Assembly: GCA_026134085.1 (NCBI GenBank)
Contig: JAOQIN010000016.1
Location: forward strand, 1 to 35,524
Direction: 5' to 3'
DNA: 35,524 nt
Source of the DNA: Candidatus Methanoxibalbensis ujae
GTDB taxonomy: Archaea > Halobacteriota > Syntropharchaeia > Alkanophagales > Methanospirareceae
Shown here one piece after another: positions 8,934 through 19,140 of this stretch. The position numbers and the translations under genes were made by a program. The first letter of the stretch is position 1. Each line of letters starts with the position of its first letter. Below the pieces are notes generated by a model. It searched no databases. It was not told where the DNA came from and saw only the letters and a list, made by a program, of their open reading frames with translations.

Positions 8934-10400
8934 TCATATCTTGCGCATTATGCCCCTTGCCGCGAGTATTCCAGTTGCTGATGCGTTCACGATATCTCTT
9001 GACAGTCCTGCTCCATCTCCCGCTGCGAAGAGATTTTTTATTGAGGTTTCCATCGCACTGTTGACCTTTATGCGCATGGCGTAAAACTTTATCTCAGGCG
9101 CATACAATAGCGTTGAGTCTGCTGCAACTCCCGGTATGATCCTGTCAAGTTTCTCAAGTCCTTCTGTTATGTCCATGACTATGCGATGTGGCAGCGCCAT
9201 TGATATGTCTCCGGGAGTCACATCCATAAGCGTGTTTCTCACGAGGTTTCGCATTATGCGCTCATGTGTTGAGCGTCTGCCTCTTCTCAGGTCTCCCATT
9301 CGCTGGATTATTGGTTTTCCTCCTCCTATTGTCGTCGCGAGCTTCGCGATTGATATTCCGTATTCTGTTGTGTTCTCAACAGGTTCCGTCAGCTCAACAC
9401 GCACAAGAAATGCAAAATTTGTGTTCTCAGATTTTTTATTCTTGAATGAATGACCGTTCACGCCAATAAAATCATCATAAACTTCTTTAACAACAAAACC
9501 TCGCTCATTTGTGCAGAATGTCCTCGCAAAATCCTCATATGTATCAGTTCTTATGTGAAATTTTGGATCTCTGCTTATTTTCGTCACGGGATCCATTGTG
9601 ATCGCAGGAACTTCAACACGAACTCCGACATCAATGCCGGCATATTCGCTTTTGATATCATATTTTTTTATCAAATGCTCCACCCACGAAGCGCCGACCC
9701 TGCCTGGTGCGAGTATTGTGTATCTGCTCTCTATGCGCTCACCTCTCTCAGTTATGACGCCTCTGCACAGAAGAGCATGCGAAGCCCTCTCACCGCCAGC
9801 AGCACCATCGTGCTCCTCTTCCTCACAGCACCTGTCGGAGGATTCATCAACGTCTGAGGGTTCAACGATTATATCAGTGACACATGTCTTCAGCATGAAC
9901 TGAACGCCGTCTTTCTCAAGGTCGCGCTTGAAACGCTCTATGATTGATCTTGTCTTATCAGAGCCTATGTGCCGCTGTTTTATCTCTATGAATTTTGCGC
10001 CAACGGATGCAGCCCTTCTCTTCAGCTCCTCCACAGCCTCAGCATCTCCACAATATATCTCGTCAGGCATTCCATGTGCGAGGAATGTTCTGTCCACATA
10101 TTCAACGAGCGCATATGCCTCCTCATGACTGCAGAACTCTGTAAGGTCGCCGCCTATGTCAGGTCGCAGGTTGAGAGTTCCATCTGAAAATGTCCCGGCA
10201 CCACCTACGCCGCACAGGACATCGCAATTCTTGCAGTTCATACAGCGTTCAGCACCTTCAAACATCTGGCAGTATCGCTCATTTATGTCCTTGCCCCTGT
10301 CTATTATCAGAATCCTGTCAAATTTTGACCTCAGCTCGTTCGCAGCGAAAAGACCCGCAGGCCCTGCTCCCACAATTACAACATCATAACTCCTGCTCAT
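8934..10400 (-). CDS. NAD(P)/FAD-dependent oxidoreductase (COG2509-like)
   Basis: VVIVGAGPAG Rossmann motif, CGVGGAGTFSDG, RTFCTN, VNGHS, LYAPEIKFY, FAAGDGAGLSR. Confidence 0.88.
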   Translation of the reverse strand: MSRSYDVVIVGAGPAGLFAANELRSKFDRILIIDRGKDINERYCQMFEGAERCMNCKNCDVLCGVGGAGTFSDGTLNLRPDIGGDLTEFCSHEEAYALVEYVDRTFLAHGMPDEIYCGDAEAVEELKRRAASVGAKFIEIKQRHIGSDKTRSIIERFKRDLEKDGVQFMLKTCVTDIIVEPSDVDESSDRCCEEEEHDGAAGGERASHALLCRGVITERGERIESRYTILAPGRVGASWVEHLIKKYDIKSEYAGIDVGVRVEVPAITMDPVTKISRDPKFHIRTDTYEDFARTFCTNERGFVVKEVYDDFIGVNGHSFKNKKSENTNFAFLVRVELTEPVENTTEYGISIAKLATTIGGGKPIIQRMGDLRRGRRSTHERIMRNLVRNTLMDVTPGDISMALPHRIVMDITEGLEKLDRIIPGVAADSTLLYAPEIKFYAMRIKVNSAMETSIKNLFAAGDGAGLSRDIVNASATGILAARGIMRKI

Positions 10401-10530
10401 CACAATCCTCCCTCACATCACGGCATTAAGCAGCACACATCCAGCACTTAGCAGCTTTGTGCAGCGCAGCTCTATGCAGCTCTATGCAGCTCTACACCAC
10501 AACAGACATAAATCAAACCGCTCCACGAAG

Positions 10531-10604
10531 CGGGCCGGGAGGGATTTGAACCCCCGACTGGCAGGTTAAGAGCCTGCTGCTCTACCGTTCTGAGCTACCG
10601 GCCC
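10531..10604 (-). tRNA. tRNA-Lys(CTT), no intron, CCA not encoded
   Basis: Reverse complement GGGCCGGTAGCTCAGAACGGTAGAGCAGCAGGCTCTTAACCTGCCAGTCGGGGGTTCAAATCCCTCCCGGCCCG folds as a cloverleaf; anticodon arm GCAGG-CTCTTAA-CCTGC. Confidence 0.97.
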
Positions 10605-10626
10605 CTCTATTCTTATTTTTCATCTC

Positions 10627-10635
10627 TTTTAAATA
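10627..10635 (-). promoter_or_regulatory. TATA box of tRNA-Lys
   Basis: TATTTAAAA on the minus strand, 23-31 nt upstream of the mature tRNA 5' end. Confidence 0.6.
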
Positions 10636-10873
10636 TTCCGCTGCCTCCCCGTCTGAGTCATCTGAGAGGAGGGCTGAGCTGTGAGCGTGATGCATCCCAA
10701 GAGCACTGAACGTATGCGTGTGCCTGAGTGTCCAGGTGTCCGATCATGTGCGCGAAACTTCCTCACTGCCACACTGCGGACATCTCACAGGCATTTTGTA
10801 GGGGTCCTCCTGAAACACATACCCACATATATCACATATGAAAAACACTTTCTCACTGTCCAAGCTTTCCATT

Positions 10874-11614
10874 TCAACAGCTCACCGTCACATTATGCAT
10901 GACAAGTGTCACATCTATGGGAACAGAGCAGTTGATATAGACCCCATTATCAATTTTCGTTATTCTGCATCCTTTCACACCCTCATTCAAGTTGCTCAGA
11001 TAGTTCACCCATGCATCCTCACAACTGCTGTTGATGGTGATGCTCACATCCGGGCAGTTTCTCATGAATTTTGATTCGGTATCGTTGTATCTGAAATTTA
11101 TTTCAGTTATTCCGCCGCCTGCGGAGAAATCGCCGGAAACATTTATCACGGAGATGAAGATGTGTGGTTTTCCCGAGTAATTGGAGAGGATTACAGGAGG
11201 TTCTGATATGATTATGCCCGCTTCAGACGAGCGCTCAATGACTGCGCCGTTCTCATAAATGATCCTGCGTGTGCCGAGTGAGTATTCTATGCTGCCCGAC
11301 TCGCAGGTATAGCTGGTTCCGTTCATATGGACTGTGATATTTCCAGCATGTGCTATCGCGCTCACGCTGCCCTCAGCGAGATTGAGTTTGAATGCGAGTG
11401 AAGGAGATTGACCGAATGCAACTTTTTTTATGTCGTGCTGCATGATGATGAAAACTGTTTTCATGCTCTGAAACGCTGCTGCACCTCTTGCATGCTCAAG
11501 TGCGGGCATCCCTGTCGCATATATTGTGGTGATCACAGACAGCGTGATTGACAGAACGAGCAGGTATCCGACAACTTCTGACACACCTGACCTTTTCCGC
11601 CGCATTTCCGTCAT
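10874..11614 (-). CDS. Archaeal type IV pilin-like protein (class III signal peptide)
   Basis: RRKRSG|VSEVVGYLLVLSITL (basic residues, G cleavage site, hydrophobic helix); IIYENGAVI motif; ATGA overlap with upstream gene. Confidence 0.8.
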   Translation of the reverse strand: MTEMRRKRSGVSEVVGYLLVLSITLSVITTIYATGMPALEHARGAAAFQSMKTVFIIMQHDIKKVAFGQSPSLAFKLNLAEGSVSAIAHAGNITVHMNGTSYTCESGSIEYSLGTRRIIYENGAVIERSSEAGIIISEPPVILSNYSGKPHIFISVINVSGDFSAGGGITEINFRYNDTESKFMRNCPDVSITINSSCEDAWVNYLSNLNEGVKGCRITKIDNGVYINCSVPIDVTLVMHNVTVSC

Positions 11615-12051
11615 ATCCTCCTGTTAAGCGTTATTCGGACATGAGAGATGCCGCCATATGCTGTCATGTTTACTGATGCCTCCGTCTCAGCACCCATTCC
11701 GCTCAGCGTGTAGTTGAAGTAGAAACCCTTGAACGAACGCATCTGAATCTGATCATCGCCAGCACTGACCCTGACCACATACTGATGCATCCCTATCTTC
11801 TGAGGAAACGTCTCCACGAATTCAACAGAGCCATCATGCGGAAGTGCGAGTATCGCCGCTGTAAGCTCGGTGCTTAAGGCGTTTCCGATGTCATTGAACT
11901 GCCGCTGAATCGCAACATCGGAGGGAAAATCAATGAAAGCCCGCTGATACAGATTGAGAGATGCAATGAAGATGAGAGCGGAGCATGCAAACAGTATGAA
12001 CGCCACTGTAACAGACACTCCCCTCCTTCCTGAAACACATCTTGGGCTCAT
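11611..12051 (-). CDS. Archaeal type IV pilin-like protein (class III signal peptide)
   Basis: GRRG|VSVTVAFILF followed by hydrophobic helix; translationally coupled on both sides. Confidence 0.72.
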   Translation of the reverse strand: MSPRCVSGRRGVSVTVAFILFACSALIFIASLNLYQRAFIDFPSDVAIQRQFNDIGNALSTELTAAILALPHDGSVEFVETFPQKIGMHQYVVRVSAGDDQIQMRSFKGFYFNYTLSGMGAETEASVNMTAYGGISHVRITLNRRI

Positions 12052-12449
12052 TTCAGCGGAATCTTCCTCTCAGGACCAAGTGTGAAATTCATTCGCTCGT
12101 CGCATATTTGAATGGTGAGATCTGCTGTGTTTTCATCACACACTGAAACATCGACATTCACAAATAAACCGCGCAATGCATAAATTTCCGAAATTTCTCT
12201 GCTGAAATTTCTCATGATTTCGTTGAATTCATCCTCCTTTGCCACTTTCGCCCAGGCGATCTTTGAAGTCCTGACGGTCTCCTCGTATATCTCAGTGATG
12301 TGATGAGCAGCAAACGCTGTTTCTGACTGAGCCACCTCGTGACCTGCCGATACAGATTCGTTGAGAAGTGTCGTCAGGCTCACAAGACCGAGAGCGAGTA
12401 TAATGCCCGATAGAATGATCCACTGCCCTCTCCTCCCTCCTCTCATCAT
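12048..12449 (-). CDS. Archaeal type IV pilin-like protein (class III signal peptide)
   Basis: GRRG|QWIILSGIILALGLV; first gene of the three-gene coupled operon. Confidence 0.72.
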   Translation of the reverse strand: MMRGGRRGQWIILSGIILALGLVSLTTLLNESVSAGHEVAQSETAFAAHHITEIYEETVRTSKIAWAKVAKEDEFNEIMRNFSREISEIYALRGLFVNVDVSVCDENTADLTIQICDERMNFTLGPERKIPLK

Positions 12450-12547
12450 TTTGAGGTTTGAAACAAATGCTTTAATGATTGCGAGAATCTAAAAATTAGT
12501 TGCAGCGTCTCGTTGCGATGATGCACTGTGCATCACTGTGCATGATG

Positions 12548-12700
12548 TTATGTGTGTGAGAATGTGTGAGAGTGAAGTGTTAGAGTGAGAGTGTGAGTGA
12601 AGTGTTAGAGTTGAGTGAAGTGAGAGAGTTTGAGAGTGAGAATGGATTGTGAATGTGAGTGGATGAGTGAGATGAGGAGGAGATGAAGAGGAAGAGCAAA
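12548..12700. repeat. G/A/T-rich low-complexity tract with GAGTGAAGTG(TTAGAGT) repeats
   Basis: Almost C-free on the + strand; GAGTGAAGTG occurs three times. Confidence 0.7.
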
Positions 12701-12725
12701 GTAAAAACAGAGGGTGATGATTTGG

Positions 12726-14366
12726 ATGAGGGTTGCAGTTCTTGATGGTTATGTGGATGAGCCCTCATGTCTCGGTGTTCCTCCCTATATAGCGCCGTAT
12801 CCCCGCTACATATGGGGGATGCTGAAGCATCTGAACATTGATTCGTGTTACTTCACAATAGATTCTTTCAGGAAGGACGGGAGAGTTAAGGATAAGATTT
12901 CAAAATGTGATATTCTGATAGTGATTGCGGGTGCGATTGTTCCTGGCAAGTATCTGGGGGGGGTTCCGCTTTCCGAGAATGAGCTGCCGCATGTCGCATG
13001 TGGACGATGCGAGAACATTCTTGTGGGTCCGCTGACACTTAAACTCAGGAAGTGTGATGACAAATTTGAAATTATTGATTTTCCTTTTGAGGAGCGTCTG
13101 TTTGAGAGGCTTTGCGAGATGTCCGGTGTGAGATCAAGATTTGACTGCGACAAATTCTCAGTTCTCGGAGCTGATGTTGTGAGGCATCATCCTGATTTTC
13201 CACATGTGATATGTGAGATGGAGACATATCGTGGCTGTTACTGGGCTAAGTGTTCATTCTGCGTTGAGAAATTTCAGAATTTCATGATGAGGTCACCGGA
13301 GAGCGTGATTGAGGAATTTGAGCGTCTGTATGAGCTCGGTGTCAGACACTTCAGGCTTGGCAGGCAGACAGATTTCCTCACATATATGGCTGAGTTCGGA
13401 GATGAGTTCCCCAAACCTCAGCCTGAAAAGATGAGAGGATTTCACGAAGCCATCTGGCGACTTTGCCCTCATATAAAAACGCTGCACCTTGACAACATAA
13501 ACCCAAAGACAATAGCCACCCACCCCGATGAGAGCAGAGCTGTTCTCAAGACAATCGTTCGGTATCAAACAGCGGGTAATGTGGCGGTGTTCGGCATGGA
13601 GACCGCTGACGAGCGAGTTGTAAAGGCGAACAACCTCGCAGCAATGCCCGATGAAGTGCTCTTCGCAATAGAAATTGTGAATGAGCTCGGAAGAAAAAGA
13701 GGTTTTAACGGAATGCCCCGGCTCCTGCCCGGCTTGAACTTTGTAACAGGATTGAAGGGAGAGACAAAGGAAACTTATGAGCTCAATTATGAGTTTTTGA
13801 AAATGCTCCTTGAGCGTGATCTGCTCGTAAGACGCATAAATATCCGCCAGGTAAGTATATTGCCCGGAACTGCAATGGCTGAATTTGGCTATAAAAATGT
13901 GAAAAAACACAAAAAATACTTTAAAGCATTCAAACGGAAGGTGCGTGAGGAGATAGATCGCGAAATGCTGAAGCGCATTCTTCCATTGGGAACCGTTTTG
14001 AGGGATCTTCGCTGTGAACTTACAGTGGGTAAGGTGACATTTGCAAGGCAGCTCGCATCTTATCCGATTCTCACAGGCATCATAGGTGAATATGAGCGGA
14101 ACAGATTTTTGAATGCAAAAGTTATAGCATATGGAATGCGTTCAATAACTGCAATTGAACATCCTCTGGACATAAACAGGGCGAAGTTGTATCAGATTGA
14201 TGCAATTCCCGGAATTGGAATGAGAACTGCTGCTGAAATCGCGGCGAAAAGACCGTTCAGGCATGTTGATGATTTGAAAGAAGCCGTCGGTGAGGATGTG
14301 TTCTCGAAATTGAGAGATTTCGTGTGCGTCTCAACAGGCGAGGTCTGTGATGGAACAAGACGGTGA
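12726..14366 (+). CDS. Radical SAM protein with C-terminal helix-hairpin-helix (COG1031-like)
   Basis: LDGYVDEPSCLGVPPYI N-terminus, ETYRGCYWAKCSFC cluster motif, HFRLGRQ, TLHLDN, RRINIRQV, IPGIG HhH; start 12726 (ORF open from 12714). Confidence 0.88.
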   Translation: MRVAVLDGYVDEPSCLGVPPYIAPYPRYIWGMLKHLNIDSCYFTIDSFRKDGRVKDKISKCDILIVIAGAIVPGKYLGGVPLSENELPHVACGRCENILVGPLTLKLRKCDDKFEIIDFPFEERLFERLCEMSGVRSRFDCDKFSVLGADVVRHHPDFPHVICEMETYRGCYWAKCSFCVEKFQNFMMRSPESVIEEFERLYELGVRHFRLGRQTDFLTYMAEFGDEFPKPQPEKMRGFHEAIWRLCPHIKTLHLDNINPKTIATHPDESRAVLKTIVRYQTAGNVAVFGMETADERVVKANNLAAMPDEVLFAIEIVNELGRKRGFNGMPRLLPGLNFVTGLKGETKETYELNYEFLKMLLERDLLVRRINIRQVSILPGTAMAEFGYKNVKKHKKYFKAFKRKVREEIDREMLKRILPLGTVLRDLRCELTVGKVTFARQLASYPILTGIIGEYERNRFLNAKVIAYGMRSITAIEHPLDINRAKLYQIDAIPGIGMRTAAEIAAKRPFRHVDDLKEAVGEDVFSKLRDFVCVSTGEVCDGTRR

Positions 14367-14417
14367 TGATGGGGATGATGGGTTGATGGGATGATGAGGT
14401 TATTATGGGCGGAAAGA

Positions 14418-16052
14418 TTAGCTCATGACCGGTTTGAAAAGTTTTTCCGGCTTTTCAAGCGGCTGTCCGCTTTTCAGTGGTATTGTTATCTCGTTCATGC
14501 TCACCTCATGTATATCAGATTCCATACCGAGCTGCTTCCAGAGTTCTTCCATTTTTGAGGGCATCACGGGCTCAAGCAGCACACAGACCGCTTTCAATAT
14601 TTGAAGAGTGTTCTTCACGATTTCACCGCATCTTTTTCTGTCTTTTTCATCGCTTTTTATGAGGTGCCACGGTTCTTCACGCTGAAAATAGCTGTTTCCA
14701 AAATCTGCGAGCTTCATTATGGAATCAGTCATTCTCTTGAACTCGTATTCAAAGAGCGCATTCACAGCCTCATCTCTCGTTTTGATTATATATGAGATCA
14801 CCTCATCCTCTATTTCGCCATCGGGGACTTCTGCCCCGAAATGTTTATGAGCGAACGAGAGAACACGAAATGCCAGATTTCCGAGGATTGCGAGCAGTTC
14901 GTTGTTCACTCTTGTTCTGAATGCCTCCCAGGAGAAGTCAAGCTCTTTCGTGTGGCTTGAATGTGCGATGAGGAAATATCTGAGTGTATCTGGATGAAAC
15001 CGTTTTATAAAATCCGCAACCCAGATCACATTTCCCCTGCTTTTTGAAAGAGGTTTACCGTTTATTGTCATCATTCCCGATGCAACAACAGCGCTTGGCA
15101 GTGAATACTCCGCCCCCTTCAACATTGCAGGCCAGAAAATGCAGTGATGATATATTATGTCGGTGCCTATGAAATGTATGATTGTTGCTCTGTTCTCCAT
15201 CCATATCTCCCGCCATCTCCGCTCCCAGTTCTCGCTGTCTTTCAGCTTGAGCGCTTCTTCTGTGAACGATATGTATCCAATTGGCGCGTCAACCCACACA
15301 TACACAACGAGATCATCACGATTCGGAAACCTCACACCCCACTTCAAATCACGGGTTATGCACCAGTCCTTAAGCTCACGGCGAACCCATTCAATCGCGT
15401 AGTTTCGTGCGTTCGCAGTGCCTCCGAGATTTTTGAGGAATGACAGAAGGAAATCCGCGAATGCTGACAGCCTGAAGTAGTAGTGTGTTCTCTCTCTGAA
15501 TTTCGCAGGACTTCCGCACACCTTGCACACGGGCTCCCTGATCTCGCCGGGCTCGAGATGACGGCCGCATCCCTGATCGCACTCATCGCCTCTCGCACGC
15601 TCTCCGCAGTACGGGCACACTCCCTCCACATATCTGTCAGGGAGAAATCTTCCGCAGCGCTCGCAGAATGCAAGCATCACTTTCCTCTCATACACATAAC
15701 CCCGCTCCATCAGCTTCTCAACAATCTCACGAGTCCTGCGATGATTGCTCTCATCGTCAGTGCTGCCGTAATAATCAAAGCAGACACGGAGATCGCTGAA
15801 AACACGCCTGAAATGCTCATGATAACGCCTCACAATCTCCTCAGGTGAAACTCCCTCAGATTCAGCGCTCAACACAATAGGCGTTCCATGCGTATCGGAG
15901 CCGCACACAAAAAGCACATCGTATCCCATCTTCCGCAGCATCCTCACAAATACATCCGCAGGCACATATGTGCGAAGATGACCAATATGGCACTCACCGT
16001 TCACATATGGCAATGCCGCCGTCACAATCACTGGCCTGTCCCTCGTGATCAT
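14418..16052 (-). CDS. metG: Methionine--tRNA ligase (no C-terminal tRNA-binding domain)
   Basis: ALPYVNGECHIGH, GSDTHGTPI, zinc knuckle, YVWVDAPIGY, KPLSKS; likely start ATG 16052 (ORF open from 16124). Confidence 0.96.
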   Translation of the reverse strand: MITRDRPVIVTAALPYVNGECHIGHLRTYVPADVFVRMLRKMGYDVLFVCGSDTHGTPIVLSAESEGVSPEEIVRRYHEHFRRVFSDLRVCFDYYGSTDDESNHRRTREIVEKLMERGYVYERKVMLAFCERCGRFLPDRYVEGVCPYCGERARGDECDQGCGRHLEPGEIREPVCKVCGSPAKFRERTHYYFRLSAFADFLLSFLKNLGGTANARNYAIEWVRRELKDWCITRDLKWGVRFPNRDDLVVYVWVDAPIGYISFTEEALKLKDSENWERRWREIWMENRATIIHFIGTDIIYHHCIFWPAMLKGAEYSLPSAVVASGMMTINGKPLSKSRGNVIWVADFIKRFHPDTLRYFLIAHSSHTKELDFSWEAFRTRVNNELLAILGNLAFRVLSFAHKHFGAEVPDGEIEDEVISYIIKTRDEAVNALFEYEFKRMTDSIMKLADFGNSYFQREEPWHLIKSDEKDRKRCGEIVKNTLQILKAVCVLLEPVMPSKMEELWKQLGMESDIHEVSMNEITIPLKSGQPLEKPEKLFKPVMS

Positions 16053-16286
16053 CGCTGCTATATCATCAATACAAAATAATAAACAACATCCATCATCCTC
16101 CCTCCCATCACACATTCCAATCATCCGCTCCTAAGAGTCTCTCAATCTCCCTCTCTCAATCTCCTGAGAGCTCCATTCGCATCGGAAAAAAGAGAAGTCG
16201 CATCGAAAAAAAAAGAGAAGAAAAGAGAAGAGAATAATAGAATAGAATAGAACAGAAAAGAAGAGGGAGGAAGAACATAAAGAAAG

Positions 16287-16976
16287 ATGAAGAACACAGA
16301 GCGGGGTGATGCATTGCATCGTTATTATCGGATCCAATCTGAAATCGCATCAAAAGCAGTTTTGAAGGATTGCACGGATATGAACAGAATCTCACTTGTT
16401 GCAGGCGCCGATCAGGCGTTCTTCCGCGAGGAAGACTCGGAGAAAATAGTTTCTGCGGTCGTCGTCATGAAGTATCCATCATTTGATGTTGTTGAGCATG
16501 CGTTCTCAATAATGCATGTGGAATTTCCATATATTCCGGGACTGCTCGCATTCAGAGAGGCTCCTGCTATAATAAGCGCATTCAACAGGCTGAAGTGGAA
16601 GCCCGATGTCCTTTTCGTAGATGGCTGCGGCATAAATCATCCGAGATTCGCAGGTCTTGCAACACATGTCGGCGTGGTTTTGAACATACCCACAGTAGGT
16701 GTTGCGAAAAACCTGCTGTGTGGAAAAGGGGAAGTGCCTGAAAGAGTTGGGGAAGCGTCTGAAATCGTTTTCAAAGGGACAGTTGTGGGATATTTTCTGA
16801 AGAGTAAGAAAAACTGCAGGCCAATTATCGTCGCACCTGGCAATAAAATATCTGTTAAAACATCTGTGGAACTCACAAGAAGATGCATTCGCAGGCATAA
16901 ACTTCCTGAACCGACGAGAATGGCGCATGTATTTGCAAACAAAATAAAAAAACAGCATATAGCAACAAAAAAGTAA
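16287..16976 (+). CDS. nfi: Endonuclease V (deoxyinosine 3' endonuclease)
   Basis: GADQAF, PYIPGLLAFRE, VDGCGINHPRFAGLATH, GVAK, LPEPTRMAH. Confidence 0.95.
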   Translation: MKNTERGDALHRYYRIQSEIASKAVLKDCTDMNRISLVAGADQAFFREEDSEKIVSAVVVMKYPSFDVVEHAFSIMHVEFPYIPGLLAFREAPAIISAFNRLKWKPDVLFVDGCGINHPRFAGLATHVGVVLNIPTVGVAKNLLCGKGEVPERVGEASEIVFKGTVVGYFLKSKKNCRPIIVAPGNKISVKTSVELTRRCIRRHKLPEPTRMAHVFANKIKKQHIATKK

Positions 16977-17350
16977 GGTGCTGAGGAAAAAGCAGGCACG
17001 CCGACAGCGCAACATCTCACAACCACGCCTTACACAACTACGACGCCTGCAGCTTGCTGTGAGGTCGCAATGTCGCAATAACGGAAAATCAACAAGCGTG
17101 GCACAGACGACCAGCACACTATTGGCGAAGCATTTACAGTCCCAACTCAAAAGAGGAGGAATGGAAGAGCACCAAAGCGAAAAAGAAACAGATTGGCGGA
17201 TATGAACCGGGCAAACAGAGAAATGGATACAAAAGGAAAACAACTTATAGATTTCTCAGAAACGCATGCGGTCATTCCCAACCTGCTGATGTAATTGGGC
17301 GTTTTATGCATATAAAATAAAAATATCGTTGGAGGGAGACGTATAGCCAT

Positions 17351-17638
17351 TTCGGAATTTGCATTAAGCCGTCAGGTGGTAATGGTTATATTTGGGAAAG
17401 TGGAGGCTTGATTGTGAGAAACGGAACATGGCCTTACCGGTATGCTGTTCGCCCTTAATTTTATAAAAGTGGACAATAGAAGATTTTGGCTTCCAGTGAT
17501 TTTGAGCCAGAAACCGGGCGAATCTCACCCAAAGTGTGAATTTACCACAATACCCTGTTTGGCTATTACCGAAAAGAGATTTTCCATTAGTTCAGGATTA
17601 CATTTGCTCTTCAGGTAACTGGCTGTCATCTGCAAAGG
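17351..17638 (+). pseudogene. Possible frameshifted remnant of a pilin-like gene
   Basis: Two overlapping frames give GYIWESGGLIVR / EHGLTGMLFALNFIKVDNRRFWLPVI, loosely resembling the YENGAVI...PP...VINV segment of the pilin at 10874-11614. Confidence 0.25.
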
Positions 17639-17643
17639 TAAGG

Positions 17644-17691
17644 TTGGATTTTGGGTTTTGATTGTGGTTTGGATTTTGGGTTTTGATTGTG
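17644..17691. repeat. Tandem duplication, period 25
   Basis: TTGGATTTTGGGTTTTGATTGTG at 17644 and 17669. Confidence 0.9.
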
Positions 17692-18959
17692 TGGTGCGGC
17701 ATTCTCAGAGAAAGAGGGAAACACAAAACACCTACAGATTTGAGCATCACATCAAGATTTTATTTCATTTGTGGGAATGAGAGCTAAGATATTTAGAGCG
17801 GATATTTGATGTTGATGTTGAAATAGTGAGATAAATAAAAATAAAAGATATGTGGAGAGTTTTTATCTTTGCTGTATGCCCTGAGGGCACAAGTCAGGCT
17901 CTCGAAAGGCACGAAAGGGATTTAGATGGTTGTCTCCATCATCTGAAAGTGTCATCATGTTGATCTTATTTGATGATGTGATTATTTGATGATGTGGTGT
18001 GGAGGAGCTGGTGGAGCGGGGCATGTAAAGCGTATAAATGAAGAAAACCTGAAATCGGGGATTATGAATAGTCCAGCAAAATCTGTTCTCATCTGCTATT
18101 GTAAGCACAACTTCATTACCAATTCTCTATCCACAATTCTCAATACCAAAGACATCATGCAAAGTTCTAATGACTTCAGAATGGATTTAGGTTTCGTCTG
18201 AAGTTTATTTTTTCGTGCCAGAAATTCCTCCATCAGGTTTGAAGAAGGATTCAACTGTCCCCAAAAACCGTCTGAAGAAATTTGAAATGACGATGGAATA
18301 AAGGTGGAGGGAGATAATCCTTTCATTCTGAAGTTCAATAATTGGTTATTCTTCAATTGGAGATTTTATCCTTCAACCATTTTTGGTTTAAAGTATGCAG
18401 GGTCATGAGAGCGAAGCTGGGCAAAAGTCAGTGTAAACATTAAGTTCCTGCCATTCCTGCACGTTGAACATGGGGGGTTCCGGTGGTACATTCCGAAGAT
18501 TGTCTCTCTCTCCGGGATCCGCTCCCAACTCAAATGTGGTTTAGCAGATCAAAATATTGCTCTTATGAATCTCTGCTGAATGTTTGAAGCATAATCCGCA
18601 GTGAGTTGTGCCGTATGCTCATTTTCTATTTGTATTTGTGTTAAATGAGTACCAAGTTTTTGATGATCTATTTGATCTATTGGCAGAGATTTCGGTTGCA
18701 ACCAAATGTTGGACAGACTTTATAGGGCACAATCACACCACAACTATCGCAGATGAACCAGGGAAAAGGGCAGGATTATCCTCCTCCTCAATTCAACTCC
18801 TACATTTGATTTGCCATGAGATTGTTGAATAAAAGAATAATAAATACTCATTTTAATATCAAAATCCTATTCTCCAAATATACGATCCATCTTCATGTAA
18901 CAGCTAAAGCGCATATTAATAACGCTTTTACCTCATTCTCCGTAAGATTCCAAGGTGCC

Positions 18960-19140
18960 GATTTCTGCCTTCTGGCGGAGCAGGAGAGGTGGGCGGTTTT
19001 TATATAATTTTTTATGATGTAGGGCAGGCCCGCCCGAAGCCCTTGACACCCGAGACTGGAAGGCTGAAAGAGCTGCCTCAGGTGGGTGAAATGGGAACCT
19101 CCTGTGGATGCCCCTTACTTCGGTGGGGGGAGGTGGTCAC
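18960..19140 (+). mobile_element. Non-autonomous IS200/IS605-family remnant (PATE-like) with no tnpA/tnpB
   Basis: Candidate left-end hairpin TTCTGCC-TTCT-GGCGGAG (18963-18980); subterminal right-end hairpin and terminal TCAC (19137-19140). Confidence 0.6.
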
